Shown piece by piece: positions 1-8,059 of a stretch of DNA of 28,348 bases. Each line of letters starts with the position of its first letter. Within the stretch, counting starts at the first letter, position 1. A program made the translations under genes and the position numbers. This DNA comes from Proteocatella sp. (GTDB lineage Bacteria > Bacillota > Clostridia > Peptostreptococcales > Filifactoraceae): the NCBI GenBank assembly GCA_039809675.1, contig JBDHVO010000001.1:1-28348 (forward strand). Direction: 5' to 3'. The notes under the pieces are model-generated. The model was not told the DNA's origin. It saw only the letters and a program-made list of their open reading frames with translations, and made no database searches.

Positions 1-906
1 AAGACCTATAATCTTAGGGAAATATACGAATTCTTACAAACAAAAAAAATCCCCCTTATTATAGATTCGGCTCATGGAGCCCGTTTTGCCTTCTCTGAAG
101 ACCTGCCGGAGTCAGCCGTAAAAAACAGCCATGTGTGCGTCATGAGCCTCCACAAGACCCTGCCGGCCTTGACCCAGCGCTCGATTTTGCATGCAGGAGA
201 AGCCCTGGCAGACTCTAATCTGAAAAAAATAGATAAAAAAATGAACTTCTACACAACCACCAGCCCCTCCTACCTTCTTATGGCATCCTCAGAGCTTGCA
301 GTTGCCCTGATGGAAAGCTGCGGCAAGGATATATTTGCTGCAGTGAAGCGAAATAGGGAGGCCTTTGCAGAGGAAATAGGAGAGAATTCCCTTATCAGGG
401 TATATGATAGCAATGATTTTTCCAAGCTGCTTGTAAAAACACCCCTGGATGGCGAGGAGCTTATGAAGCTTCTCAGGAAAGAATATAAGATACAAGCTGA
501 AATGGCAATAGGCAGGTCTGTTTTGTTTATTACTGGAAGGGGGCATAGGCCAGAGGATTTGCAGTACCTTGCCCGCTCTATAAAGGACGCTGTAGGCAAA
601 AACAAGGCTAAGGAGGATGGGCTCCTGGATTCTGGGGCAAGCGCTCCTATAAATTTCTTCCCTCGCCTCAAAGCCATCGGCTATGGCTTGCAGGGGGCAA
701 TCAAGGAAGGTCAGGCTGTAGAGGCTGATGTTTATCAAGCTGAGGGCCTTGTGGCTGCAGAGGATATTATTCCCTACCCTCCTGGAATTCCTTTAATCAG
801 AGAATTTGAAATTATTAACAAGGAATCCATAGAGGTGCTTATATATTTTAATTACAAAAAAATTAAGTGTTACCAAAATATACCGGATATTTTTTCTGCT
901 GAATAA
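1..906 (+). CDS. Orn/Lys/Arg decarboxylase family PLP enzyme, 5' end outside window
   Basis: Frame is open from base 1 (KTYNLREIY...IIDSAHGARFAF...). DSAHGA (DEAHGA-like) and SLHKTLPALTQ PLP-lysine motif, C-terminal PYPPGIP. Substrate cannot be determined. Confidence 0.85.
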   Translation, partial: KTYNLREIYEFLQTKKIPLIIDSAHGARFAFSEDLPESAVKNSHVCVMSLHKTLPALTQRSILHAGEALADSNLKKIDKKMNFYTTTSPSYLLMASSELAVALMESCGKDIFAAVKRNREAFAEEIGENSLIRVYDSNDFSKLLVKTPLDGEELMKLLRKEYKIQAEMAIGRSVLFITGRGHRPEDLQYLARSIKDAVGKNKAKEDGLLDSGASAPINFFPRLKAIGYGLQGAIKEGQAVEADVYQAEGLVAAEDIIPYPPGIPLIREFEIINKESIEVLIYFNYKKIKCYQNIPDIFSAE

Positions 907-1051
907 GGGAAAAGACTCTTAGGACCCTTGTCATAAAAATGTTATAAAAATAAATAGGTATTTAATTTATGCAACCTCTTATGTGGTGGAGGAGTGCTTT
1001 CAAAGGATACACAATGAATTAAAATTATAAATTTTCGAAACATTTAGTATT

Positions 1052-1076
1052 GGCCGTATTTTATACGGTCTTTTAT
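1052..1076 (+). terminator. Hairpin plus U-tract, terminator-like
   Basis: GGCCGTAT-TTT-ATACGGTC (one G-U pair) followed by TTTTAT. Confidence 0.4.
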
Positions 1077-1077
1077 A

Positions 1078-1106
1078 TTGACAAAAATCAATTTAATGAG
1101 TACAAT
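1078..1106 (+). promoter_or_regulatory. sigmaA promoter of the NhaC-family gene
   Basis: TTGACA (1078-1083), 17 nt, TACAAT (1101-1106). Confidence 0.75.
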
Positions 1107-1243
1107 TTTGTTTATGATTACTTCGGGAAAATGTTACCCCCAAATATTACAGGGCATAGTTAAAACAATGCCAATGGATAGGGGGCTACTTCTCGAGTAG
1201 AGCAATTATACAATTATTGGAAGATATTAAAGAGGAGGTCAAA

Positions 1244-2716
1244 ATGTCAAACGCAAAAAAAAGGGAGAAAAAGCAAGCCACCTTGGGCATAGCGCTTATC
1301 CCGATAGTTTCTCTTATGGTATTCCTTTCTGTGGGAATCGCAGTTTTTGGTCAGGATCCACATATACCCCTTATAGGTGGTTCAATCGTTGCAGTTGCAG
1401 TTGCAGTATTTGCTCTGGGCAGCAACTGGGCCGATCTTGAGGATGGAATACTTAAAACAATCAACATGGGTATGCAAGCAGTAATTATACTTATGATAAT
1501 CGGTATGCTGATTGGAGCATGGATTTTTGGTGGAATAGTTCCGGCCCTTATATTCTATGGCCTGAAGGTTCTTTCGCCTGGAATCTTCCTTGTGGCAACA
1601 GTTATCCTTTGCTCAGTTGTAGCTCTTGCAACGGGTTCATCATGGACAACAGCCGGAACAGTGGGGGTTGCCCTTATAGGGGTTGCAGCAGGTCTTGGAA
1701 TTCCAGCACCTATCGCAGCTGGAGCTATAGTTTCCGGAGCCTACTTTGGAGATAAGATGTCACCGCTTTCAGATACTACAAACCTGGCACCTGCTATGGC
1801 TGGAGCTACTTTGTTTGACCACGTTAAGCACATGGTTTATACAACAGGCCCTTCTTACTTAATAGCGATTGTTATATTTGGAGTTATCACTATGAAATTC
1901 TCTGGTCAGGAACTGGATGCAGAAGCCATAAACTCTCTGCTTGCAGTCCTTACAGATAACTTTAATATTACTCTTTTAATGATTCTGCCGCCCCTTCTTG
2001 TAATTGCCATGGTAGTCCTGAAGGTACCTGCAATACCTGGTCTTATTGGCGGAGTTGTCCTTGGAATGATCTTTGCCATGGCCTTCCAGGGAGCAAGTAT
2101 AGGAGACCTTCTTGATGTTCTTCAAAACGGCTTTGTATTTGAAGCTGCAGAAAACGCATCAGAAGCAGAAATTATGATTGCAGACCTGCTTACAGGTGGT
2201 GGATTACAGAGTATGATGTGGACAGTATCCCTTATAATCTGTGCTCTTACCTTCGGTGGTATCCTTGAATCAACGGGAATGCTTGAGGTTCTTGCAGGTA
2301 CTCTTCTAAAGTTTGCAAAGAGTACAGGATCCCTTGTAGCAGTTACAATATTCTCATCAATATTCATCAACGTTATTGCATCTGACCAGTATCTGTCAAT
2401 AGTTATACCTGGTCGTATGTACAAGGATGCCTACGCTGAGAGAGGGCTTGCACCTCGTAACCTTTCAAGAACCCTTGAAGATGGGGGTACAATTACATCC
2501 GCTCTTGTTCCGTGGAATACATGCGGAGCCTATATGGCTACAGCCTTAGGAGTGCCTACTGTGGAATATGCACCATATGCCTTCCTAAACCTTGTAAATC
2601 CAATAATCTCTATCTTATGGGCATACCTGGGACTATTCCAGCTAAAAATGACTCCGGAGGAAATAGCAGCCTACGAAAAATCAAAGGCAGCCCTTCACGC
2701 AGGAGCGGGAGCATAA
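1244..2716 (+). CDS. nhaC: NhaC-family Na+/H+ antiporter or amino-acid transporter
   Basis: Polytopic membrane protein with ATGSSWTTAGTVG, GAYFGDKMSPLSDTTNLA and PWNTCGAYM motifs. Start placed at ATG 1244 after AGGAGG (1233-1238), not TTG 1217. Confidence 0.88.
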   Translation: MSNAKKREKKQATLGIALIPIVSLMVFLSVGIAVFGQDPHIPLIGGSIVAVAVAVFALGSNWADLEDGILKTINMGMQAVIILMIIGMLIGAWIFGGIVPALIFYGLKVLSPGIFLVATVILCSVVALATGSSWTTAGTVGVALIGVAAGLGIPAPIAAGAIVSGAYFGDKMSPLSDTTNLAPAMAGATLFDHVKHMVYTTGPSYLIAIVIFGVITMKFSGQELDAEAINSLLAVLTDNFNITLLMILPPLLVIAMVVLKVPAIPGLIGGVVLGMIFAMAFQGASIGDLLDVLQNGFVFEAAENASEAEIMIADLLTGGGLQSMMWTVSLIICALTFGGILESTGMLEVLAGTLLKFAKSTGSLVAVTIFSSIFINVIASDQYLSIVIPGRMYKDAYAERGLAPRNLSRTLEDGGTITSALVPWNTCGAYMATALGVPTVEYAPYAFLNLVNPIISILWAYLGLFQLKMTPEEIAAYEKSKAALHAGAGA

Positions 2717-2754
2717 GCAAAAGCATTATAAAATTCAAATCAATAATTGTAGCT

Positions 2755-2788
2755 GGGGCAGGTTCAAAAGAACCTGCCTCTTTGGTTT
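2755..2788 (+). terminator. Intrinsic terminator after nhaC
   Basis: GGGGCAGGTTC-AAAA-GAACCTGCCTC then TTTGGTTT (imperfect U-tract). Confidence 0.7.
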
Positions 2789-2800
2789 AGAAAGGATTTT

Positions 2801-3268
2801 ATGAAATATATAAATTACCTGGAGACCCCGATAGGGGCCATAGGTCTTGTCCAGGAGGAGGGCTACATTACAGAAATATTTTTTGGAAGGGAAGATAGGT
2901 TTAAAGACTATAGTCAGGAAGAAACCCCTCTTCTTATGAAAAGTAAAGGTCAGCTGGAGGAGTATTTTGCCGGCAAAAGAAAAGTCTTTGACCTGCCCCT
3001 GATGCCTGAGGGAACAGACTTTCAAAAGGCTGTCTGGAAGGCTCTCCTTGATATTCCCTATGGAGAAACAAGGTCCTATAAGGAGGTGGCAGAGGCGGTA
3101 GGAAATCCAAAAGCTGCCCGGGCGGTTGGTATGGCTAACAACAAGAACCCGATTTCTATAGTAATCCCATGACACAGGGTTATAGGAGCCAGCGGTAGGC
3201 TGGTGGGATTTGGTGGAGGTCTTCATGTCAAGGAGGCTCTCTTGGCCCTTGAAAAAGACAGTAAATAA
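2801..3268 (+). CDS. ogt: Methylated-DNA--protein-cysteine methyltransferase with in-frame UGA at the catalytic Cys (probable selenocysteine, codon 124); 155 aa if read through
   Basis: TDFQKAVWKALLDIPYGETRSY...ARAVGMANNKNPISIVIP-[TGA 3170-3172]-HRVIGASGRLVGFGGGLHVKEALLALE. The frame continues to TAA 3266-3268 with the conserved Ogt C-terminus. RBS AAGGA precedes ATG. Confidence 0.85.
3173..3215 (+). promoter_or_regulatory. SECIS-like hairpin in ogt
   Basis: G-CCAGC (3188-3193), loop GGTAG (3194-3198), GCTGG-T (3199-3204). Loop starts 21 nt after UGA and begins with GG. Confidence 0.55.
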
Positions 3269-3287
3269 CTAATTATTAACAATATCC

Positions 3288-3322
3288 TTGAAAACCCTCA
3301 ATAACTATGGTATTGTAGGGTT
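3288..3322 (+). promoter_or_regulatory. sigmaA promoter of the Rrf2 gene with overlapping inverted repeat
   Basis: TTGAAA, 17 nt, TGgTATTGT (extended -10). Inverted repeat AACCCTCAATA-N7-TATTG(T)AGGGTT at 3293-3322. Confidence 0.6.
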
Positions 3323-3364
3323 ATAAACGATGTTTGCGGCAGAGCCAAACGAGAGGGGGGTATT

Positions 3365-3802
3365 ATGAAGGTTTCTACAAAAGGCAGATATGCTCTTAGG
3401 ATGCTAATATACCTGGCCGAGATGCCCAGGGATGAATTTGTTCCTCTTAAGGAAATTGCAGAGAAACAGAGAATATCCAAAAAATATCTGGAGCAGATTG
3501 TACCAATCCTAAATAGAGGAGATATGCTCCAGACCAATAGGGGCTACCAGGGAGGCTACCGCCTGTCCAGGAAACCGGGAGAATATACTGTTGGAGAAAT
3601 CCTAAGGGCAACAGAGGGAGGCCTTGTACCGGTTGATTGCCTGAGCAACACCCCCAAGGGCTGTGCCAGGGTGCATGAATGCGAAACCTTCTATATCTGG
3701 GAGGGTCTTGAAAAAACAGTAAATGAATATTTGGATAGCATAACCTTAGATGACGTGCTAAAGCACAAGAAAGAGCCTTATGTTTTAGATTTTACCATAT
3801 AA
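3365..3802 (+). CDS. Rrf2-family transcriptional regulator (IscR/CymR-like), three C-terminal Cys
   Basis: STKGRYALR, ISKKYLEQI, RGYQGGYRL; DCLSNTPKGCARVHEC cysteine triad. Confidence 0.92.
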   Translation: MKVSTKGRYALRMLIYLAEMPRDEFVPLKEIAEKQRISKKYLEQIVPILNRGDMLQTNRGYQGGYRLSRKPGEYTVGEILRATEGGLVPVDCLSNTPKGCARVHECETFYIWEGLEKTVNEYLDSITLDDVLKHKKEPYVLDFTI

Positions 3803-3855
3803 AAGCAACAACCCGCACTCGGACACAAGATGTCTGGTGCGGGTTGTTGCTTTTT
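3801..3855. terminator. Bidirectional intrinsic terminator between convergent genes
   Basis: 18-bp perfect inverted repeat AAAAGCAACAACCCGCAC / GTGCGGGTTGTTGCTTTT with an inner GGACA/TGTCT stem. Confidence 0.85.
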
Positions 3856-3870
3856 AGATAAGCCAGCCTG

Positions 3871-5262
3871 TTAAATTCTGCCATTTTCTTCTGCTCTGTT
3901 TCGTCCGCCGTCCTTGGATCTATAGAGGGCCTCGTCTGCCATGGCAAGCAGGGTTTCCGGGCTATCATCCAGGCTAGGGATTAAATAAGCAACTCCAATA
4001 GAAACGGTTATTATTTTGAAGGCAGAGCCTGTATGTTCTATATTTAGAGCTTCAACCCTCTGAGCTATTGACTTGGCATAGTCATTAAGCTTTTGTGGCT
4101 CTGCATTTTGTATCAGGATGACAAATTCTTCGCCTCCGTATCGTGCTACTAAATCAGTAGACCTGTGAGCTGTATCTTGCAGGAGCTGACCTACTATTCT
4201 TAGAATGCTGTCGCCTGCTAAGTGGCCGTAAGTATCGTTATAATATTTGAAAAAGTCAATATCTATCATGAAAAGTCCGAGATATTTTTTGTTGCGCAAA
4301 GACGTTCTCCAAGCAGCCTGCAAAGTGGTGTCAAATTGTCTTCTGTTGGGGATTCCTGTAAGGTCGTCGGTAGTGGAAAGGAGCTTAAGCTCCCTGTTGC
4401 GTTCCTCAAGCTCATTGGTCCTAAGGGCGACTGCCTTCTCAAGGCCACTAACAGTCTGGGTTATACGCAAGGCCATCTTATTGAAGGACTGGGTTAGCTG
4501 GCCTATTTCATCCTGCCTGTCTTGGTTTGGTATAGTAATCAGCCTGCCGTTTGAAAGCTCTTCGGCAGCCTGGCATAAGATAGTCACGGGCTTTACCATA
4601 CGATTGGCAATATAGGTAGTAGTAAGAATGGTAGCAGATCTGTAGAGGAGGCAATGAGCATACCGGCTTCATCTACTATAAACACCTGACCTGAGGGGCC
4701 GATAGGGAGAGTCTTCAGGGTATTGCCCAACCATGACAAAAGGTGGTCAACTCCAAAAACGCCAATTAACTCGTTGTTGTGGTCATAAACCGCCAGACTG
4801 GATGTAATGGTAGGCTCGCGGAATACAAAGTGGCTGTAGACACTGCTGATGACTGGCTGTCCTGTTTCAACAGCCTTTGGTTGATTCGTTATTACGCACA
4901 ACCTGGAGCATGCCTTCGCTGGTACGACGGGCACCATAAAAGGACCCGTCAGGCAGGCCTACATAAGTCATAGCAATGTCTGGGTATAGCTTTATATGGT
5001 TGGTAAAGTAGGGCTCTCTATTGGCTTGAGAATCAAGGTCTAGTATTTTGTGCCTTATGTGGTCATAGTGCATTTGGTTTAATTGAAGGGCAGATTCCAG
5101 ACGCTGGGACAATTCGATGCCAACCTGTCTTTGCATTTGCTTGTGCAGCTCCATCAAGGCAAGCTGAGAGCTTGCAAGGCTTGCTTCTATTAATATAAAG
5201 CCGATGAAACCAATGGTTATAATCAGCTGGATTAAAGAAGGTATGGTAAACCACTTCTTCAT
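3871..5262 (-). pseudogene. Membrane Cache-HAMP-GGDEF diguanylate cyclase fragmented into three frames; HAMP-GGDEF part (3871-4599) is intact
   Basis: ORF 4867-5262 gives TM1 and Cache start. Frame 2 gives KAVETGQPVISSVYSHFV..IGVFGVD..GQVFIVDEAG (Cache core). Frame 3 gives TM2 end, HAMP (QDEIGQLTQSFNKM) and GGDEF (DLTGIPNRR, DIDFFKYYNDTYGHLAGD, RSTD I-site, RYGGEEF). Frame switches near 4878 and 4640. Confidence 0.8.
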
Positions 5263-5408
5263 ATGCCGGTCTCCTGTTTTTTCGTTTTATCCTCCATACC
5301 CCATAAAATGCGGATATTTTGCCTGGATTTTAAAAATAATATTATAGGTAACATACTCCAAAATCTAAGGGGATGTCAAGGGATAGAGGCAATAAAGTGG
5401 AGGCAATA

Positions 5409-5463
5409 TTTACCCACTTTTTACAGAAGGCTCTCCCTGCTGTTTACATTCAATGGGTACAAT
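5409..5463 (+). promoter_or_regulatory. Putative Pho box and -10 of the pst operon
   Basis: TTTACC-N5-TTTACA (5409-5425), another TTTACA at 5443, TACAAT at 5458-5463. Resembles Firmicute PhoP TT(A/T/C)ACA 11-bp-period repeats. Confidence 0.5.
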
Positions 5464-5498
5464 TATGTAAGAAAAGAATTTATCAGAAGGAGGCTGCA

Positions 5499-6359
5499 AT
5501 GACAAGGATGCTTGTAAGATATATGGTGTATGCTTTTATATTATTTGCTCTGACGGGCTGCGGAGGCATTTCGGGAACAAGGGAGGATGATATCACGGTG
5601 GTTTCTCGTGAAGACGGCAGTGGCACCAGGGGGGCCTTTACAGATTTGCTGGGCATAGAAAAAATAGGCCAGGGAACCAGGAAAGACCTTACTACAAAAG
5701 AAGCTATTGTTGTCAACAAGACAGCGGTTATGTTAAATACAGTGGCCGGGGACAAAAACGCCATAGGCTATGCCTCGCTTGGGTCCTTGGATGACCATGT
5801 GAAGGTCTTAAAAATCAATGGCTATGAGCCCTCTGATGAAAATATTGCCAAAGGCCTCTATCCTGTTGCCAGACCCTTTCTTATTGCTACCAGGGACGAC
5901 CTTTCCCCTCAGGCTCAGGATTTCATAGATTTTATTTTGTCCAAGGAAGGCCAGGAGCTTGCGGGACAAACCTATATTGCTGTAGATAATAAGGCTGCCC
6001 CCTATAAGGAGACAAATATTCAAGGCAAGGTTACGGTTGCAGGCTCGTCCTCTGTGGCTCCCTTGATGGAGAAGCTTAAGGAGGGCTACAACAGGGTTAA
6101 TCCGGGTCTTGTCATAGAAATCCAAATGAGTGATTCTACCTCTGGCATAAGCTCGGTAATGGAAGGGGCTATTGATATAGGTATGGTCAGCAGGGATTTG
6201 AGGGAGAGTGAGGCAAATGTCCTTAAGGGGACAGAGATCGCCATAGACGGGATTGCTATAATTATAAATCCCGAAAACAAGCTTGATAATCTTGAAATTG
6301 AAGGGGTAGGAAAAATATTTACAGGTGAGTACACGAACTGGAGGCAAATCCATGGATAA
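5499..6359 (+). CDS. pstS: Phosphate ABC transporter substrate-binding lipoprotein
   Basis: Lipobox ALTGC; SREDGSGTRGAF, AGSSSVAPLMEKL, SDSTSG, IAIDGIAII. Start at ATG 5499 after AGGAGG. Confidence 0.92.
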   Translation: MTRMLVRYMVYAFILFALTGCGGISGTREDDITVVSREDGSGTRGAFTDLLGIEKIGQGTRKDLTTKEAIVVNKTAVMLNTVAGDKNAIGYASLGSLDDHVKVLKINGYEPSDENIAKGLYPVARPFLIATRDDLSPQAQDFIDFILSKEGQELAGQTYIAVDNKAAPYKETNIQGKVTVAGSSSVAPLMEKLKEGYNRVNPGLVIEIQMSDSTSGISSVMEGAIDIGMVSRDLRESEANVLKGTEIAIDGIAIIINPENKLDNLEIEGVGKIFTGEYTNWRQIHG

Positions 6360-7239
6360 TAAAAGAAGATCGGAATTAAGGGAATCCTTGATGAAGGGTG
6401 TATTCATGGCCTCTGCCTTTACCAGTATTTTAGCAGTTGCTTTAATATGTATATTTCTTTTTGCCAACGGTCTGCCTGCAATAGCCCAAATAGGTCCCTT
6501 AAAGTTTTTGCTGGGCAGGGAATGGTCTCCTGCTGATCTTCCGCCGTCCTTTGGTATCCTTCCTATGATACTTGGCAGTATATACATTACTTTAGGGGCG
6601 GTAATCCTTGGGGTGCCTGTAGGCGTCTTTACAGCAGCATTTTTGGCCAGGTTTTGCCCAAAGCCCCTTTACAGGATTTTAAAGCCGGCAGTTGAGCTTT
6701 TGGCAGGTATCCCTTCTGTTGTATATGGGTTTTTTGGTCTTGTAACCATAGTTCCCTTTGTAAGGACTGTATTTGGAGGCAATGGGAGCAGCATGCTGGC
6801 AGCGGCAGTGCTTTTGGGCCTGATGATTCTCCCGACTGTTACAGGAATTAGTGAGTCAGCCCTAAGGGCTGTACCCAAGGAGCTTTACGATGGAGCAGTA
6901 GCCCTTGGAGCCAGCCATGAGAGGGCAGTATACAGGGTTGTGGTTCCAGCTGCAAAATCCGGAGTAATAGCGGCGGCTGTTCTTGGGATAGGAAGGGCTA
7001 TTGGCGAAACCATGGCAGTTATTATGGTTGCCGGTAACCAGGCCAGGATGCCGGCTGGCCTCCTGAGGGGGGCCAGGACTCTTACTGCAAATATAGTGCT
7101 TGAAATGGGGTATGCTGCAGACCTCCACAGGGAGGCCCTCATTGCTACGGGAGTTGTTCTTTTTATCTTTATTCTTGGGATAAACCTCTTGTTTGCGGCA
7201 GTAACAAATAAAGGAGGAAGGGGAGGTATGAAGCGATGA
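6352..7239 (+). CDS. pstC: Phosphate ABC transporter permease
   Basis: ELLAGIPSVVYGFFG, RAIGETMAV, RTLTANI. Start at ATG 6352 after GGAGG. Confidence 0.93.
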   Translation: MDNKRRSELRESLMKGVFMASAFTSILAVALICIFLFANGLPAIAQIGPLKFLLGREWSPADLPPSFGILPMILGSIYITLGAVILGVPVGVFTAAFLARFCPKPLYRILKPAVELLAGIPSVVYGFFGLVTIVPFVRTVFGGNGSSMLAAAVLLGLMILPTVTGISESALRAVPKELYDGAVALGASHERAVYRVVVPAAKSGVIAAAVLGIGRAIGETMAVIMVAGNQARMPAGLLRGARTLTANIVLEMGYAADLHREALIATGVVLFIFILGINLLFAAVTNKGGRGGMKR

Positions 7240-8057
7240 AGAGAAAAGCTATGGATTATTTTTTAAGGATAGCAACCTGGGGGAGTGCGGCTCTTACCTT
7301 TGGGGCCCTAATCTTTCTTGTAGGCCATATTTTAGTAAAGGGAATTCCCTATATAAAGCCTTCTTTGTTTGAGTTAAAGTATACGACAGAAAATGTATCT
7401 CTTTTGCCGGCTCTTATAAGCACCCTGCTAATGGTTTTTATGTCCCTTGCAGTGGCGGTTCCTCTCGGAGTGTTTACGGCAGTCTATTTGACAGAGTATG
7501 CCAAAAGAGGGAGCAGGTTTGTTAGCCTGGTAAGGATGACAACGGAGACCCTGTCAGGCATACCTTCAATTGTTTATGGCCTCTTTGGTCTTTTGTTTTT
7601 TGTTACAAGGCTGGGCCTGGGTTTTTCGGTCTTATCGGGGGCTCTGACTCTTTCTATAATGATCCTTCCTCTTATTATCAGGACTGGGGAGGAGGCCTTG
7701 AAAGCAGTGCCGGATTCCTTTAGAGAGGGCTCCTTTGGCCTTGGGGCAGGAAGGCTGCGGACTGTTTTTAGAATAGTTTTGCCTTCTGCGGTGCCGGGAA
7801 TTCTGGCAGGGGTAATCCTTGCCACAGGCAGGATTGCAGGGGAGACTGCGGCCCTCATGTACACATCGGGGACAGTGGCCCAGGTGCCCCATTCAGTTAT
7901 GGATTCAGCAAGAACCCTGTCGCTTCACATGTATGCTCTTTCGGGAGAAGGACTTTATACAGGAGAATCCTACGCTACAGCTGTTGTTCTGCTTGTTTTT
8001 GTGGCTCTTATAAACTGGGGGTCTGCTGCCCTGGCCAAAAGGATAGTAAAGGAGTAA
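7236..8057 (+). CDS. pstA: Phosphate ABC transporter permease
   Basis: [30 protein letters not shown]; ATGA overlap with pstC. Confidence 0.93.
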   Translation: MKRKAMDYFLRIATWGSAALTFGALIFLVGHILVKGIPYIKPSLFELKYTTENVSLLPALISTLLMVFMSLAVAVPLGVFTAVYLTEYAKRGSRFVSLVRMTTETLSGIPSIVYGLFGLLFFVTRLGLGFSVLSGALTLSIMILPLIIRTGEEALKAVPDSFREGSFGLGAGRLRTVFRIVLPSAVPGILAGVILATGRIAGETAALMYTSGTVAQVPHSVMDSARTLSLHMYALSGEGLYTGESYATAVVLLVFVALINWGSAALAKRIVKE

Positions 8058-8059
8058 AG

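Noticed and set aside
1114-1240. nhaC leader as a T-box or known riboswitch
   Set aside because: No GGTGGTACCGCG-like T-box sequence, no terminator before the RBS, and no SAM-I, lysine, glycine or c-di-AMP consensus recognised.
4867-4872. TGT TGA at the end of the GGDEF gene's first fragment as a second Sec codon
   Set aside because: Homology continues in a different frame (KAVETGQPV) before the TGA, so it is a frameshift stop, not a Cys-aligned UGA.
5373-5498. 42-codon N-terminal extension of pstS in the ORF track
   Set aside because: It overlaps the Pho box and -10; the RBS and signal peptide fit ATG 5499.
5808-6587. Long antisense ORFs in the track (e.g. 5808-6587, 2735-3226, 24307-24828, 10819-11256)
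   Set aside because: They shadow well-supported genes on the other strand, with no motifs or RBS of their own.
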